A stretch of 64,000 nucleotides of DNA from the IMG/VR virus record IMGVR_UViG_3300014206_000001, positions 2,645-66,644 of that record; one strand, written 5' to 3'. Shown in pieces: positions 8,985 through 16,834 of the stretch (the first letter of the stretch is position 1; every line of letters starts with the position of its first letter). A model generated the notes under the pieces. That model was not told where the DNA came from. It saw nothing but the letters and a program-made list of their open reading frames with translations, and searched no databases. A program made the position numbers and the translations under genes. Origin of the DNA: a virus (taxonomy: Duplodnaviria > Caudoviricetes).

Positions 8985-9350
8985 TTAATATAAGTTAAAC
9001 CACATATCACATTCTTTCAATTCAATTTTAACAGGCATATCGAATTTATTTGAAGAGTTTATATACTCCTCGAATCTATTAATATATTCGCCCTGTTCGC
9101 CTATTATTAAACCCGGTCTATAAGTCGTAATAACCACAGTATAATCCTTTTCGTTTTTATAGAACTTTACGTCTGTAATAGTTATTCGTACATCGTAAGG
9201 ACGAGTAGCATCTCCATAGAAAAAATTTAAACATCTTTTGATTTCCTTATTATCTACCTCTGTTTTTATTTCCCTTTTCAACATATTTCCCATATACTTT
9301 GCTGCATTTTTTGCTGCTGTTATTAGTCTTTTTGTTGCTGCATTTTTCAT
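8985..9350 (-). CDS. KH-domain protein resembling the ribosomal protein S3 N-terminal (type II KH) domain
   Basis: YTVVITTYRPGLIIGEQGEYINRFEEYI matches the S3 pattern [22 protein letters not shown]. Confidence 0.6.
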   Translation of the reverse strand: MKNAATKRLITAAKNAAKYMGNMLKREIKTEVDNKEIKRCLNFFYGDATRPYDVRITITDVKFYKNEKDYTVVITTYRPGLIIGEQGEYINRFEEYINSSNKFDMPVKIELKECDMWFNLY

Positions 9351-9571
9351 AATACTTCTTTAATTTTATCAGTTTTTATTAAAAAATTGTTTGTTTTGTT
9401 AAATTCTACTTCTTCACGAATCCGGCAAGTAATGAAGTTTAAACATTTAACATCTGTTAAAACTTTATCATTACATATGCAAAGACCTATAAATACAAAT
9501 CCTTTCTTTGTATTTTTCATCATTCGTTTGTCACTCTGTGATAAATAGGTTGTTAGTGTTTTTATTGTCAT
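9347..9571 (-). CDS. Hypothetical early protein
   Basis: Coupled ORF. Confidence 0.55.
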   Translation of the reverse strand: MTIKTLTTYLSQSDKRMMKNTKKGFVFIGLCICNDKVLTDVKCLNFITCRIREEVEFNKTNNFLIKTDKIKEVL

Positions 9572-9854
9572 GGTTTTATCGGTTTATAGTTGTTATTGTC
9601 CAATAATACCCACGTTTACTATGCTTTTTACTTCTTCCTCAGCTTCCATATAATTCCCATAACTCTCAATTTGCTTTATAATCCTTTCTTTTGAAGGATC
9701 TATTTTTGATATAATACAGCTCATAATAAACCTCCTTCCTCTTCCGGAAATTCAGGAACTCCGGCCGCTTCTAATAATTCGCCATAAGACATTGTGCCGT
9801 TTCTTAATTCGCCTCTTAAATACTCTAATTTCTTTTTCATTTTGTCAAGTTTAA

Positions 9855-10094
9855 TTAATTATATCTTCTTCCGTATCCATCTATCTTTGCATTATTTACT
9901 AGTCGGTAAGTCATACCCTTTATAGTATCCGTCACAATTGTATATCTACAATTTTTTAGATTATAATGCTTTGCGGCTTTTCTTACTGACGTAAAACATT
10001 CGCCCGGGAAATACTCTTTCCATATAGCTTTCTTAAATTTTGGAGCTACATTTTTTAACTCTTTTTCTACTGTTACACATTTTTCTGTTTTCAT
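9855..10094 (-). CDS. Hypothetical early protein
   Basis: MKT start with A-rich leader. Confidence 0.6.
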   Translation of the reverse strand: MKTEKCVTVEKELKNVAPKFKKAIWKEYFPGECFTSVRKAAKHYNLKNCRYTIVTDTIKGMTYRLVNNAKIDGYGRRYN

Positions 10095-10104
10095 AATGTT
10101 AAAT

Positions 10105-10680
10105 TTATCTATTAATAAAATAATCCTCTAAATTTTCATCATTAAATTCTTCCGGTAGGCATTCCCGTATATCTTCAATGTAATAAAAACCCCCGTAAGA
10201 ATCTTCAAACTCTCCGTTTTCATCATATAATTCAAACCGGTAAATTTCATTATTCAAATAACTATTATATTCATTCAGTTCATTATCAACTACATTTGAT
10301 AAATGTTCATTGTCCATTTTCTCCACGGTCAAACCTGTTTCATCAACTTGCGCCTGAGTAATGAAGGCGAACCCGTAAAACGAACTATCAAAACCTGATT
10401 CAAGTGACTGATGCAAAGCAATTCCAGAATGTTCGTACTTCGTAATAAAACAGGAATAGTATATTTTACCGTACTTTTCTGTTATTTCCTTACATACCGC
10501 TGTTTTTAATTCGCTCATATTACGGCAAGTATTAAGATATTTTTGTATTATCTCCTTTGCTTTGTCGTCACTCTTTAATAGAAATAAAGTTGTATTTGTA
10601 TCTTCGCGCGGGTTCATAGGATCCTCATCATAATAGATTTTTAAACGCGGTTCATTAACGGTTCTTTTAAATGTTTTCAT
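10105..10680 (-). CDS. Conserved acidic early protein (YEHSG..DS..GGFY type)
   Basis: 191 aa ORF with an acidic C-terminal half; the motif style is recalled from phage/ICE leading regions. Confidence 0.65.
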   Translation of the reverse strand: MKTFKRTVNEPRLKIYYDEDPMNPREDTNTTLFLLKSDDKAKEIIQKYLNTCRNMSELKTAVCKEITEKYGKIYYSCFITKYEHSGIALHQSLESGFDSSFYGFAFITQAQVDETGLTVEKMDNEHLSNVVDNELNEYNSYLNNEIYRFELYDENGEFEDSYGGFYYIEDIRECLPEEFNDENLEDYFINR

Positions 10681-10711
10681 AATATTATAATTTAATTGTT
10701 AAAAAAATTTG

Positions 10712-10756
10712 TACCACGCCCGGAATTGAACCGGGAAATTTTTACCTGTCGTGGTT
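10712..10756 (-). ncRNA. tRNA-like minihelix (acceptor stem + T-arm only)
   Basis: Minus strand reads ACCACG-14 nt-CCCGG-TTCAATT-CCGGG-CGTGGT-ACAAA; intergenic. Confidence 0.55.
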
Positions 10757-10765
10757 TGTTTTGTT

Positions 10766-10987
10766 CTACATTATTTCAGCCGCCCAAACATTTTCATCAT
10801 CAAAATATTCAGCCCTTTGTACTTCATTTTGTCCCTGTTTGCCGCCCATAGGGTTAAGATTTATATACTTTTGCATAATTTGTTCAATCTCTGCACAGCC
10901 TAAAGCCTTATTTTTTGTGTATAGAATAATATTCTTTTCACTTGCTGCTATTTGTACACTTCCGTAAACTGTTTTATAATTTTCCAT
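10766..10987 (-). CDS. Hypothetical early protein
   Basis: ORF with A-rich leader. Confidence 0.6.
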   Translation of the reverse strand: MENYKTVYGSVQIAASEKNIILYTKNKALGCAEIEQIMQKYINLNPMGGKQGQNEVQRAEYFDDENVWAAEIM

Positions 10988-11000
10988 TTTTGTTTAATTT

Positions 11001-11096
11001 TTAAAGTTTAATAAAATACATTTCGTAAACTATCAACAGCCCGGCAATTACTTCCAGGGCTGTTAGTGCTGTTTGTTCAATTCTTTTATAGTTCAT
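11001..11096 (-). CDS. Small membrane peptide (31 aa, absent from ORF track)
   Basis: MNYKRIEQTALTALEVIAGLLIVYEMYFIKL; A-rich leader. Confidence 0.5.
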   Translation of the reverse strand: MNYKRIEQTALTALEVIAGLLIVYEMYFIKL

Positions 11097-11189
11097 TTTG
11101 TTTTTCTTTTAATAATAATAACCGCCCGGAGCGGGTTAATTCTTTTGCTCTTTGTTCGCATTTTCGCCGGTTTTCTTTTATTATGTTTT

Positions 11190-12050
11190 TCATTTTAATA
11201 AATTAAATGTCACGCCCTCAATTTTTAAATTCGCTGCATCAAATTGCTCTTGTGTTACTTTGTCTTCGTAATCTTTCCAATTAAACACGGCTTTTTTGCT
11301 ATGGTTATAATAAATAAAATTATTTAAAGGAAGATTTGCAGATATAACAGCCCTTTTTACTGTAAATTCCAAATTTGCCTCAAATATCGCTTTGTCTCTT
11401 TTTGTCATTATCTCAAAAAGTTTTTTATTATTCTCATCTGCAATCTTTGCTGCTTTGCGTTCTTCGATCTTTTCGGGCGTGTATTGTCCGGCTTCTTCTT
11501 TCTCCTTATATTCTTTTATTTCTGCGGCTGTTGGTTTTATATATTCCCGTTTTTTACTATCGTTTAAAAATTCGTTACCTGTCCATTCCTCCAGAATCTT
11601 AATTGCTTTGTTCGCTTTTGCTTCCCATTTTTTAGGCAAACCTGATAAATATAAAAGCATTGAAAAATGATCTTCATTTTCTGCATCAGTAAGGAAAAAA
11701 TAATCTTTTTCATTGCAATTATAATACCTACAAAATTCTTTTTTTGTTAGTCTCTTGATTTGATAAAATCCGTTTCCCACTGCATACATTGGCGCACCTG
11801 AAAAATCGCATAAATGAAGATCTTCAAAAATTTGAAATTCTGGAAAATTCTTTGCTATTTTATTACCTATTGCGCCGCCGCAAAGAATATATTTTTCTAT
11901 TCTGGGCTTATGGGCTTCATAACTTTCTCCTGTTATTGCAAAATCTTGGTACCCATTGTGGCACGGGTCGCCTAGGCTTACTTTAACTTCATACTGCGTT
12001 CCGTCTTTGCTTGTTTTGCTTGTTTTATATACTAAATTATTTGTTTTCAT
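11190..12050 (-). CDS. Hypothetical early protein (286 aa)
   Basis: Long ORF; motifs GDPCHNGYQDFAITG and LHLCDFSGAPMY. Confidence 0.7.
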   Translation of the reverse strand: MKTNNLVYKTSKTSKDGTQYEVKVSLGDPCHNGYQDFAITGESYEAHKPRIEKYILCGGAIGNKIAKNFPEFQIFEDLHLCDFSGAPMYAVGNGFYQIKRLTKKEFCRYYNCNEKDYFFLTDAENEDHFSMLLYLSGLPKKWEAKANKAIKILEEWTGNEFLNDSKKREYIKPTAAEIKEYKEKEEAGQYTPEKIEERKAAKIADENNKKLFEIMTKRDKAIFEANLEFTVKRAVISANLPLNNFIYYNHSKKAVFNWKDYEDKVTQEQFDAANLKIEGVTFNLLK

Positions 12051-12355
12051 TTTAATAAGTTTTTTAAGGTTGTTATATTCTTTTTTTCTCCGTTTACTGT
12101 TATCTCCATTTTATAATAAACATTTTTACATGTTTCATTATAAACCATTTTACAAATAATTTCATCTTCACCGGATAAAAAGCATATTTCCGGATTATTC
12201 GTTATAAACTTGCTTTCGTTTGCACGCCGGCCGGCCGCGTTGATTGACGGCTGCCAAAAATAACAGCTTTTATATTTGTTGTTTGTTTCAATAATCCGAT
12301 TAATTTCGTTTTTTGCTTGCTTGCTTGTTCTTTTTGATACGTTATAAGTTTTCAT
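12047..12355 (-). CDS. Hypothetical early protein (YFWQP..NAAGRRANE)
   Basis: Coupled ORF with MKT start. Confidence 0.65.
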   Translation of the reverse strand: MKTYNVSKRTSKQAKNEINRIIETNNKYKSCYFWQPSINAAGRRANESKFITNNPEICFLSGEDEIICKMVYNETCKNVYYKMEITVNGEKKNITTLKNLLK

Positions 12356-12359
12356 AATG

Positions 12360-12647
12360 TTATTTATTTAATTCAAAATATAAAGATCCTATTTCAATGG
12401 GCGTTAATTCATTTAATAATTTACGCCCTTTACCCTGAAAATTAACAACAAAGGAATACATTAAAAAATAGATTTCGTTTATTTCTGTTGGTATTATTTC
12501 ACCTTCAAAAGTCAAAGAAGGCTTGTTTTTACCCTCAAATTTTAATACTTTACTTTTAGGCAAAATATTTATTAATTCGTGTTGTACGTGTTCGCGCAAA
12601 TTGTTGTTAGCTTTTACAGCTTTTTGGAAATCATTATATATATTCAT
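12360..12647 (-). CDS. Hypothetical early protein
   Basis: Tiled ORF. Confidence 0.6.
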   Translation of the reverse strand: MNIYNDFQKAVKANNNLREHVQHELINILPKSKVLKFEGKNKPSLTFEGEIIPTEINEIYFLMYSFVVNFQGKGRKLLNELTPIEIGSLYFELNK

Positions 12648-12655
12648 AACTTTGT

Positions 12656-12943
12656 TTATTTTAAAAAGTCCCGTAAAAATCCGATTACTTCACTAAATTT
12701 TATTTGTTTTAACTCTATAAATTCACCCCCGTAAAAATAAAAAATTACTTTGTTCGCCCCGTAAAAAGGTATATAATCCACTTTTATTTTTTCTATTTCT
12801 TTGCCGTTTATGAAAAAACATTCATTCACTTTATAAACGCCTAAACCGGTTTTTTTAGTTATTTCTTTACTGCATTCATTGTAAAATTTTGCGATGTTGT
12901 TGTTTATATTTACCGCTTTATTTGCAAGTTTTAATACATTCAT
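12656..12943 (-). CDS. Hypothetical early protein
   Basis: Tiled ORF; start moved to MNVLK. Confidence 0.55.
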   Translation of the reverse strand: MNVLKLANKAVNINNNIAKFYNECSKEITKKTGLGVYKVNECFFINGKEIEKIKVDYIPFYGANKVIFYFYGGEFIELKQIKFSEVIGFLRDFLK

Positions 12944-12951
12944 AGCTTTAT

Positions 12952-13185
12952 TTATTTTAAAAGTTCTCCAATACAAATATTTTTACATTCCTTTTCGTCA
13001 GGGTCGCAGTCAGATAAAAAATTATTTAAAAAGTCTTTTTGATCCTTTTTTCTTAATTGATTAAATAAGTTTTTTACTTGATCTCTGTTTCCGTTTATTA
13101 AAGACAATATTATATAATCATAGTATTGTTCTTTTGTTTTAAAATCATACTCTTTGGCAAGAGTTGAAGCGTATTTTTTACTCAT
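12952..13185 (-). CDS. Hypothetical early protein
   Basis: Tiled ORF whose leader is shared with 10105..10680. Confidence 0.65.
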   Translation of the reverse strand: MSKKYASTLAKEYDFKTKEQYYDYIILSLINGNRDQVKNLFNQLRKKDQKDFLNNFLSDCDPDEKECKNICIGELLK

Positions 13186-13232
13186 AATATTTATAATTTA
13201 ATTGTTTAAAAAATTTGTACCGGTTAAAAGAT

Positions 13233-13436
13233 TTATTCTTTGCTAAAAAAATAATAGTCACCGGCAAAATTGTAATATATATCAATCCCCTTAATTGTAT
13301 CTATATAATCAAATTGACTACATAGAGCCGTATTTTCACAAATCTCATCTTCGCTAAAATCATATAATTTGGCGAAATTTATAGCATTGTCCTCTGTTGC
13401 TTCGCTGCCCTGTAAAATTGTTGAATAAACTTTCAT
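13233..13436 (-). CDS. Small acidic early protein
   Basis: 67 aa, rich in D/E and aromatic residues. Confidence 0.65.
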   Translation of the reverse strand: MKVYSTILQGSEATEDNAINFAKLYDFSEDEICENTALCSQFDYIDTIKGIDIYYNFAGDYYFFSKE

Positions 13437-13645
13437 AACTCGTTAATTAAATCATTTGTATATACTAAAATATTATTAAACCCGTCGGCCTCTTCGGCCG
13501 TTATATCATTCGTAAAAGTCAAGTTAACAACTACACCCGTGTTAAATACGCTTAATTCTACAAAGGTGTATTCGTAAAAATCATTGTCTTTTATAGACTG
13601 TTTGTTACTTTCGGAAAAAACTGTTAGTAAATTTGTTATATTCAT
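13433..13645 (-). CDS. Small acidic early protein
   Basis: 70 aa, coupled ORF. Confidence 0.6.
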   Translation of the reverse strand: MNITNLLTVFSESNKQSIKDNDFYEYTFVELSVFNTGVVVNLTFTNDITAEEADGFNNILVYTNDLINEL

Positions 13646-13657
13646 TTTGTTTAAATT

Positions 13658-13864
13658 TTAATTATTAATTTTGTCAGCAGCTTCAACCGCTAAAATTTCA
13701 TCTTTCGGATTAACTTGTCCATTATTTTTTGTAAGGTTTATTAATACGCCCTTATCAAATACGCCCTTATACATACCTGAAAATGAATTTTTACCATCAA
13801 TAAACCAATGTTCAAAAATTGATAAATAGTAAGCTTTGCCCGTGTAATTTTTTGGTACTCTCAT
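13658..13864 (-). CDS. First gene of the leftward operon, hypothetical
   Basis: ORF directly downstream of the leftward promoter. Confidence 0.6.
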   Translation of the reverse strand: MRVPKNYTGKAYYLSIFEHWFIDGKNSFSGMYKGVFDKGVLINLTKNNGQVNPKDEILAVEAADKINN

Positions 13865-13920
13865 ATCATTTAATTTTATGGCCTTTTGGCCGTGTTTGTT
13901 ATTATTTCTTTTTGTTAATA

Positions 13921-13952
13921 CGAAGATAGGGTAAAATATTTATATAAACAAA
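13921..13952 (-). promoter_or_regulatory. Leftward Bacteroidota sigma-A type promoter
   Basis: Minus strand TTTG-N20-TATCTTCG (one mismatch to TAnnTTTG) upstream of the early operon. Confidence 0.65.
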
Positions 13953-14528
13953 TAAAACATACATTATTTTACATGAATATTTAAATATATCGTATGTTTT
14001 ACAACATGTTTTATAAATAGTAATTTATTATTTTCCACTGGAAACTATTTCCATAAGAAACTATGTGAGGATAAACTACATGTTTGTAGTGTTTGTGTCA
14101 ATATTTTTGCCTTTATGCTTTATTATTTGTATTTAATCTGTCTATGTTAAAGTATTACTTTAAGTGAAGGGGGCTAATGTGTTGAGTATCAATTGATTAT
14201 GACGAAAAATGCATAAAAAAACGCTTAACTAAAGTCTTAGTTTGCTTTTTTTCGCCTTTTATTTTTTCACTATCAAAAAAAATAATGATTAATAACTTTT
14301 TAACCTTTTTACGGGTCTTAAACGTCCGATACTGACGTGTAAAACTTTGTCTATCAATTTATACCCCCCGTACCCCCTAAAACATTTTGGAGCCTTGAGT
14401 TTTAGTCAGATATTCAAAATTTTTTTTTATTTTTTTGAAACTATTTACGACAAGTTTGAAAGCCATTTTGGAGCAAAACTGAGGAATTATAGCTAAAAAG
14501 GGTCTTTTGTGGGTGTCTAAGAAAATTC

Positions 14529-14763
14529 TGTAGTACTTGTAGTATGATGTAGTATTACGTTTTGCCTCTGTAAGGTGCATATATATTAGGTTTGTAGTAC
14601 TTGTAGTACTTGTAGTATGTTTCCACGTGCGCATACACAACTATGGTGTTGTGCTCTAGACGTCCTAGGAAAAGTACTACATTTACTACATCTACTACAA
14701 ATCCCATGGATACTGGTAGTACAGAGGCAAAGTGAAATACTACACGATACTACAAATACTACA
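14529..14763. repeat. 235-bp imperfect palindrome with 6 TGTAGTA + 6 TACTACA iterons; candidate replication origin
   Basis: TGTAGTA at 14529, 14538, 14548, 14593, 14602, 14611; TACTACA at 14675, 14684, 14693, 14738, 14748, 14757; spacing is mirrored. Confidence 0.9.
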
Positions 14764-14823
14764 CTTTTTTTTGGGCAAAAAAGTTAGTTCTCTGGTATTC
14801 AATTACTTGACTGATTTTTTAAA

Positions 14824-15052
14824 CGTGGTTAGGGTGAGTATCAGTTAGTTACGAGGATTTTGAAAAATTAAGTACCTGATTACCAATGTGTTGAAAATTG
14901 AAAAAGTCGAAAAATGCGAAGGGGAGGGGGGGTAGATGGACGTGGTTAGGGTGAGTATCAATGAGTTACGGCAAAAATAAAAAGTTAATATATTGAATAT
15001 AAGGAAGTTAAAAATTGAAAAACAGCAAAATCACGAAGGGGAGGGGGGGGTA
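14824..15052 (+). repeat. Two 117-bp-period direct repeats ending in G-tracts
   Basis: CGTGGTTAGGGTGAGTATCA at 14824 and 14941; CGAAGGGGAGGGGGGG(G)TA at 14917 and 15034. Confidence 0.9.
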
Positions 15053-15207
15053 TTTTGAGGTACCCACTACAAAAAAACGAGGTTTTTGCGTATTTTTTGT
15101 CGTAAAATAAGCTATGGGAGATATGTGGCACAGTAGTTTACACCTCTATAAAGGGTATTACTGATGTGTGAATGAGAAATGCCTATTTTTGGAAAAAACA
15201 AAAATAA

Positions 15208-15239
15208 TTTGGAAAAAACAAAAAGTTGTCGTAGATTTG
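15208..15239 (+). promoter_or_regulatory. Rightward Bacteroidota promoter
   Basis: TTTG-N20-TAGATTTG; the -33 region is duplicated (TTTGGAAAAAACAAAAA at 15188 and 15208). Confidence 0.8.
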
Positions 15240-15261
15240 GAGAATTAAAAATATAAAAGTT

Positions 15262-15498
15262 ATGAAAACAAAATTATTAAAAAAAGTAAGAAAGAGGTTT
15301 AGTATAGTAAAAGTTATTGAGCCGGAAGATTATCTTTATCCGTATTATGGGATAAAAGACAATGGTTGGTTTCCTATTTGTACAAATTATGTCTATAGTT
15401 CCTTAGATGAAGCAAAAGAAGCATTATCGGGTTTTATACGCAAGGCATATTCTCATAAGAAGAAAGAAATTACGATAACTAAAGTTTGGTGGATATGA
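15262..15498 (+). CDS. Hypothetical protein
   Basis: First ORF after the promoter. Confidence 0.65.
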   Translation: MKTKLLKKVRKRFSIVKVIEPEDYLYPYYGIKDNGWFPICTNYVYSSLDEAKEALSGFIRKAYSHKKKEITITKVWWI

Positions 15499-15764
15499 AA
15501 AAAGAACAATTAATAGAAATAGCGAAAGCTGGTTTCCCGGACAGAGTAAAACAGTTTATAGATTTTAAGAATTGTAAAATGTGTCATTGTGGTGGTGTTT
15601 ATAGATTATATGACAAGGATGAAAAATTCATACTTACTTGTCCCGAACACGATCATATTGCAATTTTCATGGATGAAGATAATTTTATACAGATAACAAC
15701 AGGTATAAAAGCCTTTAATCATTATGCAGCTATAAAAAAAATGGAAGAATTAAAATTAGTATAA
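15495..15764 (+). CDS. Hypothetical protein
   Basis: ATGA-coupled ORF. Confidence 0.6.
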   Translation: MKKEQLIEIAKAGFPDRVKQFIDFKNCKMCHCGGVYRLYDKDEKFILTCPEHDHIAIFMDEDNFIQITTGIKAFNHYAAIKKMEELKLV

Positions 15765-15766
15765 TT

Positions 15767-16033
15767 ATGAAAAAAATAAAGTATAGCGACGTAATGTCCT
15801 TAGGATTCAAAGAGCAAGAGAACGCTGACGAATCATATTTTAACGAATATGGCTATCCTTATTGTATCATTACAAAGGATCTTACGAAAAAGATCTACCT
15901 TGACTGGGCAAAAGAAACTCAGTTGTGTGAGTTGGTGAGAATGGATAGTCCAAAGACTTGCAATATTAAAAAACGAGTTCAGATAAAGAGTTTAAAACAG
16001 TTAAAAGAGATAGTTGAATTTTTTAAAGATTAA
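15767..16033 (+). CDS. Hypothetical protein
   Basis: TAATTATG junction. Confidence 0.65.
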   Translation: MKKIKYSDVMSLGFKEQENADESYFNEYGYPYCIITKDLTKKIYLDWAKETQLCELVRMDSPKTCNIKKRVQIKSLKQLKEIVEFFKD

Positions 16034-16038
16034 TAATT

Positions 16039-16359
16039 ATGAAAAACAAAACTAGAGAGGAATTAATTGCAAGGTCTAACATTGCCAGAAAAGAATATCC
16101 GTGTAAGAATGGATATAAATTTGATATTGAAATAATGTTTGATGTAAACGAGTACGAGGATTGTATAAAAATAACGATTTGGTACAAAAACGAGATTATT
16201 GTTACTGAAAGTTCTTTTGTGAACAAAAATTCTCGTAATTGTATGCATGACAGCATAATAAATGCAGAAATAAATACACGTAATGAAGTGGATATGATTT
16301 GTTTGAACAAACAAATATGTGAGAAAGTAATAGAGGATTTAGGTTTTAAATATTTATAA
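16039..16359 (+). CDS. Hypothetical protein
   Basis: Tiled ORF flanked by an 18-bp direct repeat. Confidence 0.6.
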   Translation: MKNKTREELIARSNIARKEYPCKNGYKFDIEIMFDVNEYEDCIKITIWYKNEIIVTESSFVNKNSRNCMHDSIINAEINTRNEVDMICLNKQICEKVIEDLGFKYL

Positions 16360-16361
16360 TT

Positions 16362-16574
16362 ATGAAAAACAAAGAACAGCAATTTTACGAATTTCTAAAA
16401 AAGAACAGAGCCTATAAGAGGTGGATGAGGTTGAAAGTAGAATGGTTTAAAATGGACTGTCCATCAAGTTTTGTTTCAGGAGCTTTTGTCTGGCCTAAGA
16501 AGGAATCTGAGTTTTGGATAAAGATATATAGTAAGTGGAATGATATTTTAAAGAAAGATGAAGATGATGAATGA
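16362..16574 (+). CDS. Trp-rich small protein, paralog of 42707..42940
   Basis: Shared FY.FLKK.RAY.RW.RL..FW.K....W pattern. Confidence 0.65.
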   Translation: MKNKEQQFYEFLKKNRAYKRWMRLKVEWFKMDCPSSFVSGAFVWPKKESEFWIKIYSKWNDILKKDEDDE

Positions 16575-16821
16575 TGATTTAGATTTAAAAAATGGATATA
16601 TTGAGTTGAGCGGATATTGCAGTCAGGTTTTTTTCCGAGGATATACCAGTAAGAATGGTATGCCAAAAACAGCCAAAAGAGAATCTACTGATGGGAAATT
16701 TAATCATAGATATTATGATATAAAAGTAAATAGTATGGATGACTGTGATTTCTGGGGGCATATTTACTTGCCGTGTACAGATTCTAAAACTGTTTATATG
16801 AAATTTGAAGTTTATGCTTAA
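16558..16821 (+). CDS. Hypothetical protein
   Basis: Tiled ORF. Confidence 0.55.
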   Translation: MKMMNDDLDLKNGYIELSGYCSQVFFRGYTSKNGMPKTAKRESTDGKFNHRYYDIKVNSMDDCDFWGHIYLPCTDSKTVYMKFEVYA

Positions 16822-16834
16822 AAATAATAAAAAA

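Noticed and set aside
10712-10756. Complete tRNA gene or attP remnant
   Set aside because: There are no D or anticodon arms, so it is not a functional tRNA. It has its own complementary 5' strand and no adjacent integrase, so it is not a simple att duplication. It is kept only as a tRNA-like element.
11035-11137. GC-rich hairpins AACAGCCC/GGGCTGTT and CCGC/GCGG as RNA elements
   Set aside because: Both fall inside small minus-strand ORFs (11001..11096 and the 35-aa ORF starting at 11193) that tile with neighbours, so there is no independent evidence for an RNA role.
14377-14640. ORF-track 87-aa minus-strand ORF (TTSTTSTT)
   Set aside because: It is a translation of the iteron array; low complexity and no plausible leader.
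14827-14834. Telomere-like GGTTAGGG
   Set aside because: It is a single hexamer inside each 20-bp repeat with no tandem array, so it is most likely coincidence.
14529-15052. CRISPR array or mini-array
   Set aside because: The repeats are 7-bp iterons with 2-3 nt gaps, or two 117-bp units. There is no repeat-unique spacer periodicity and no cas genes.
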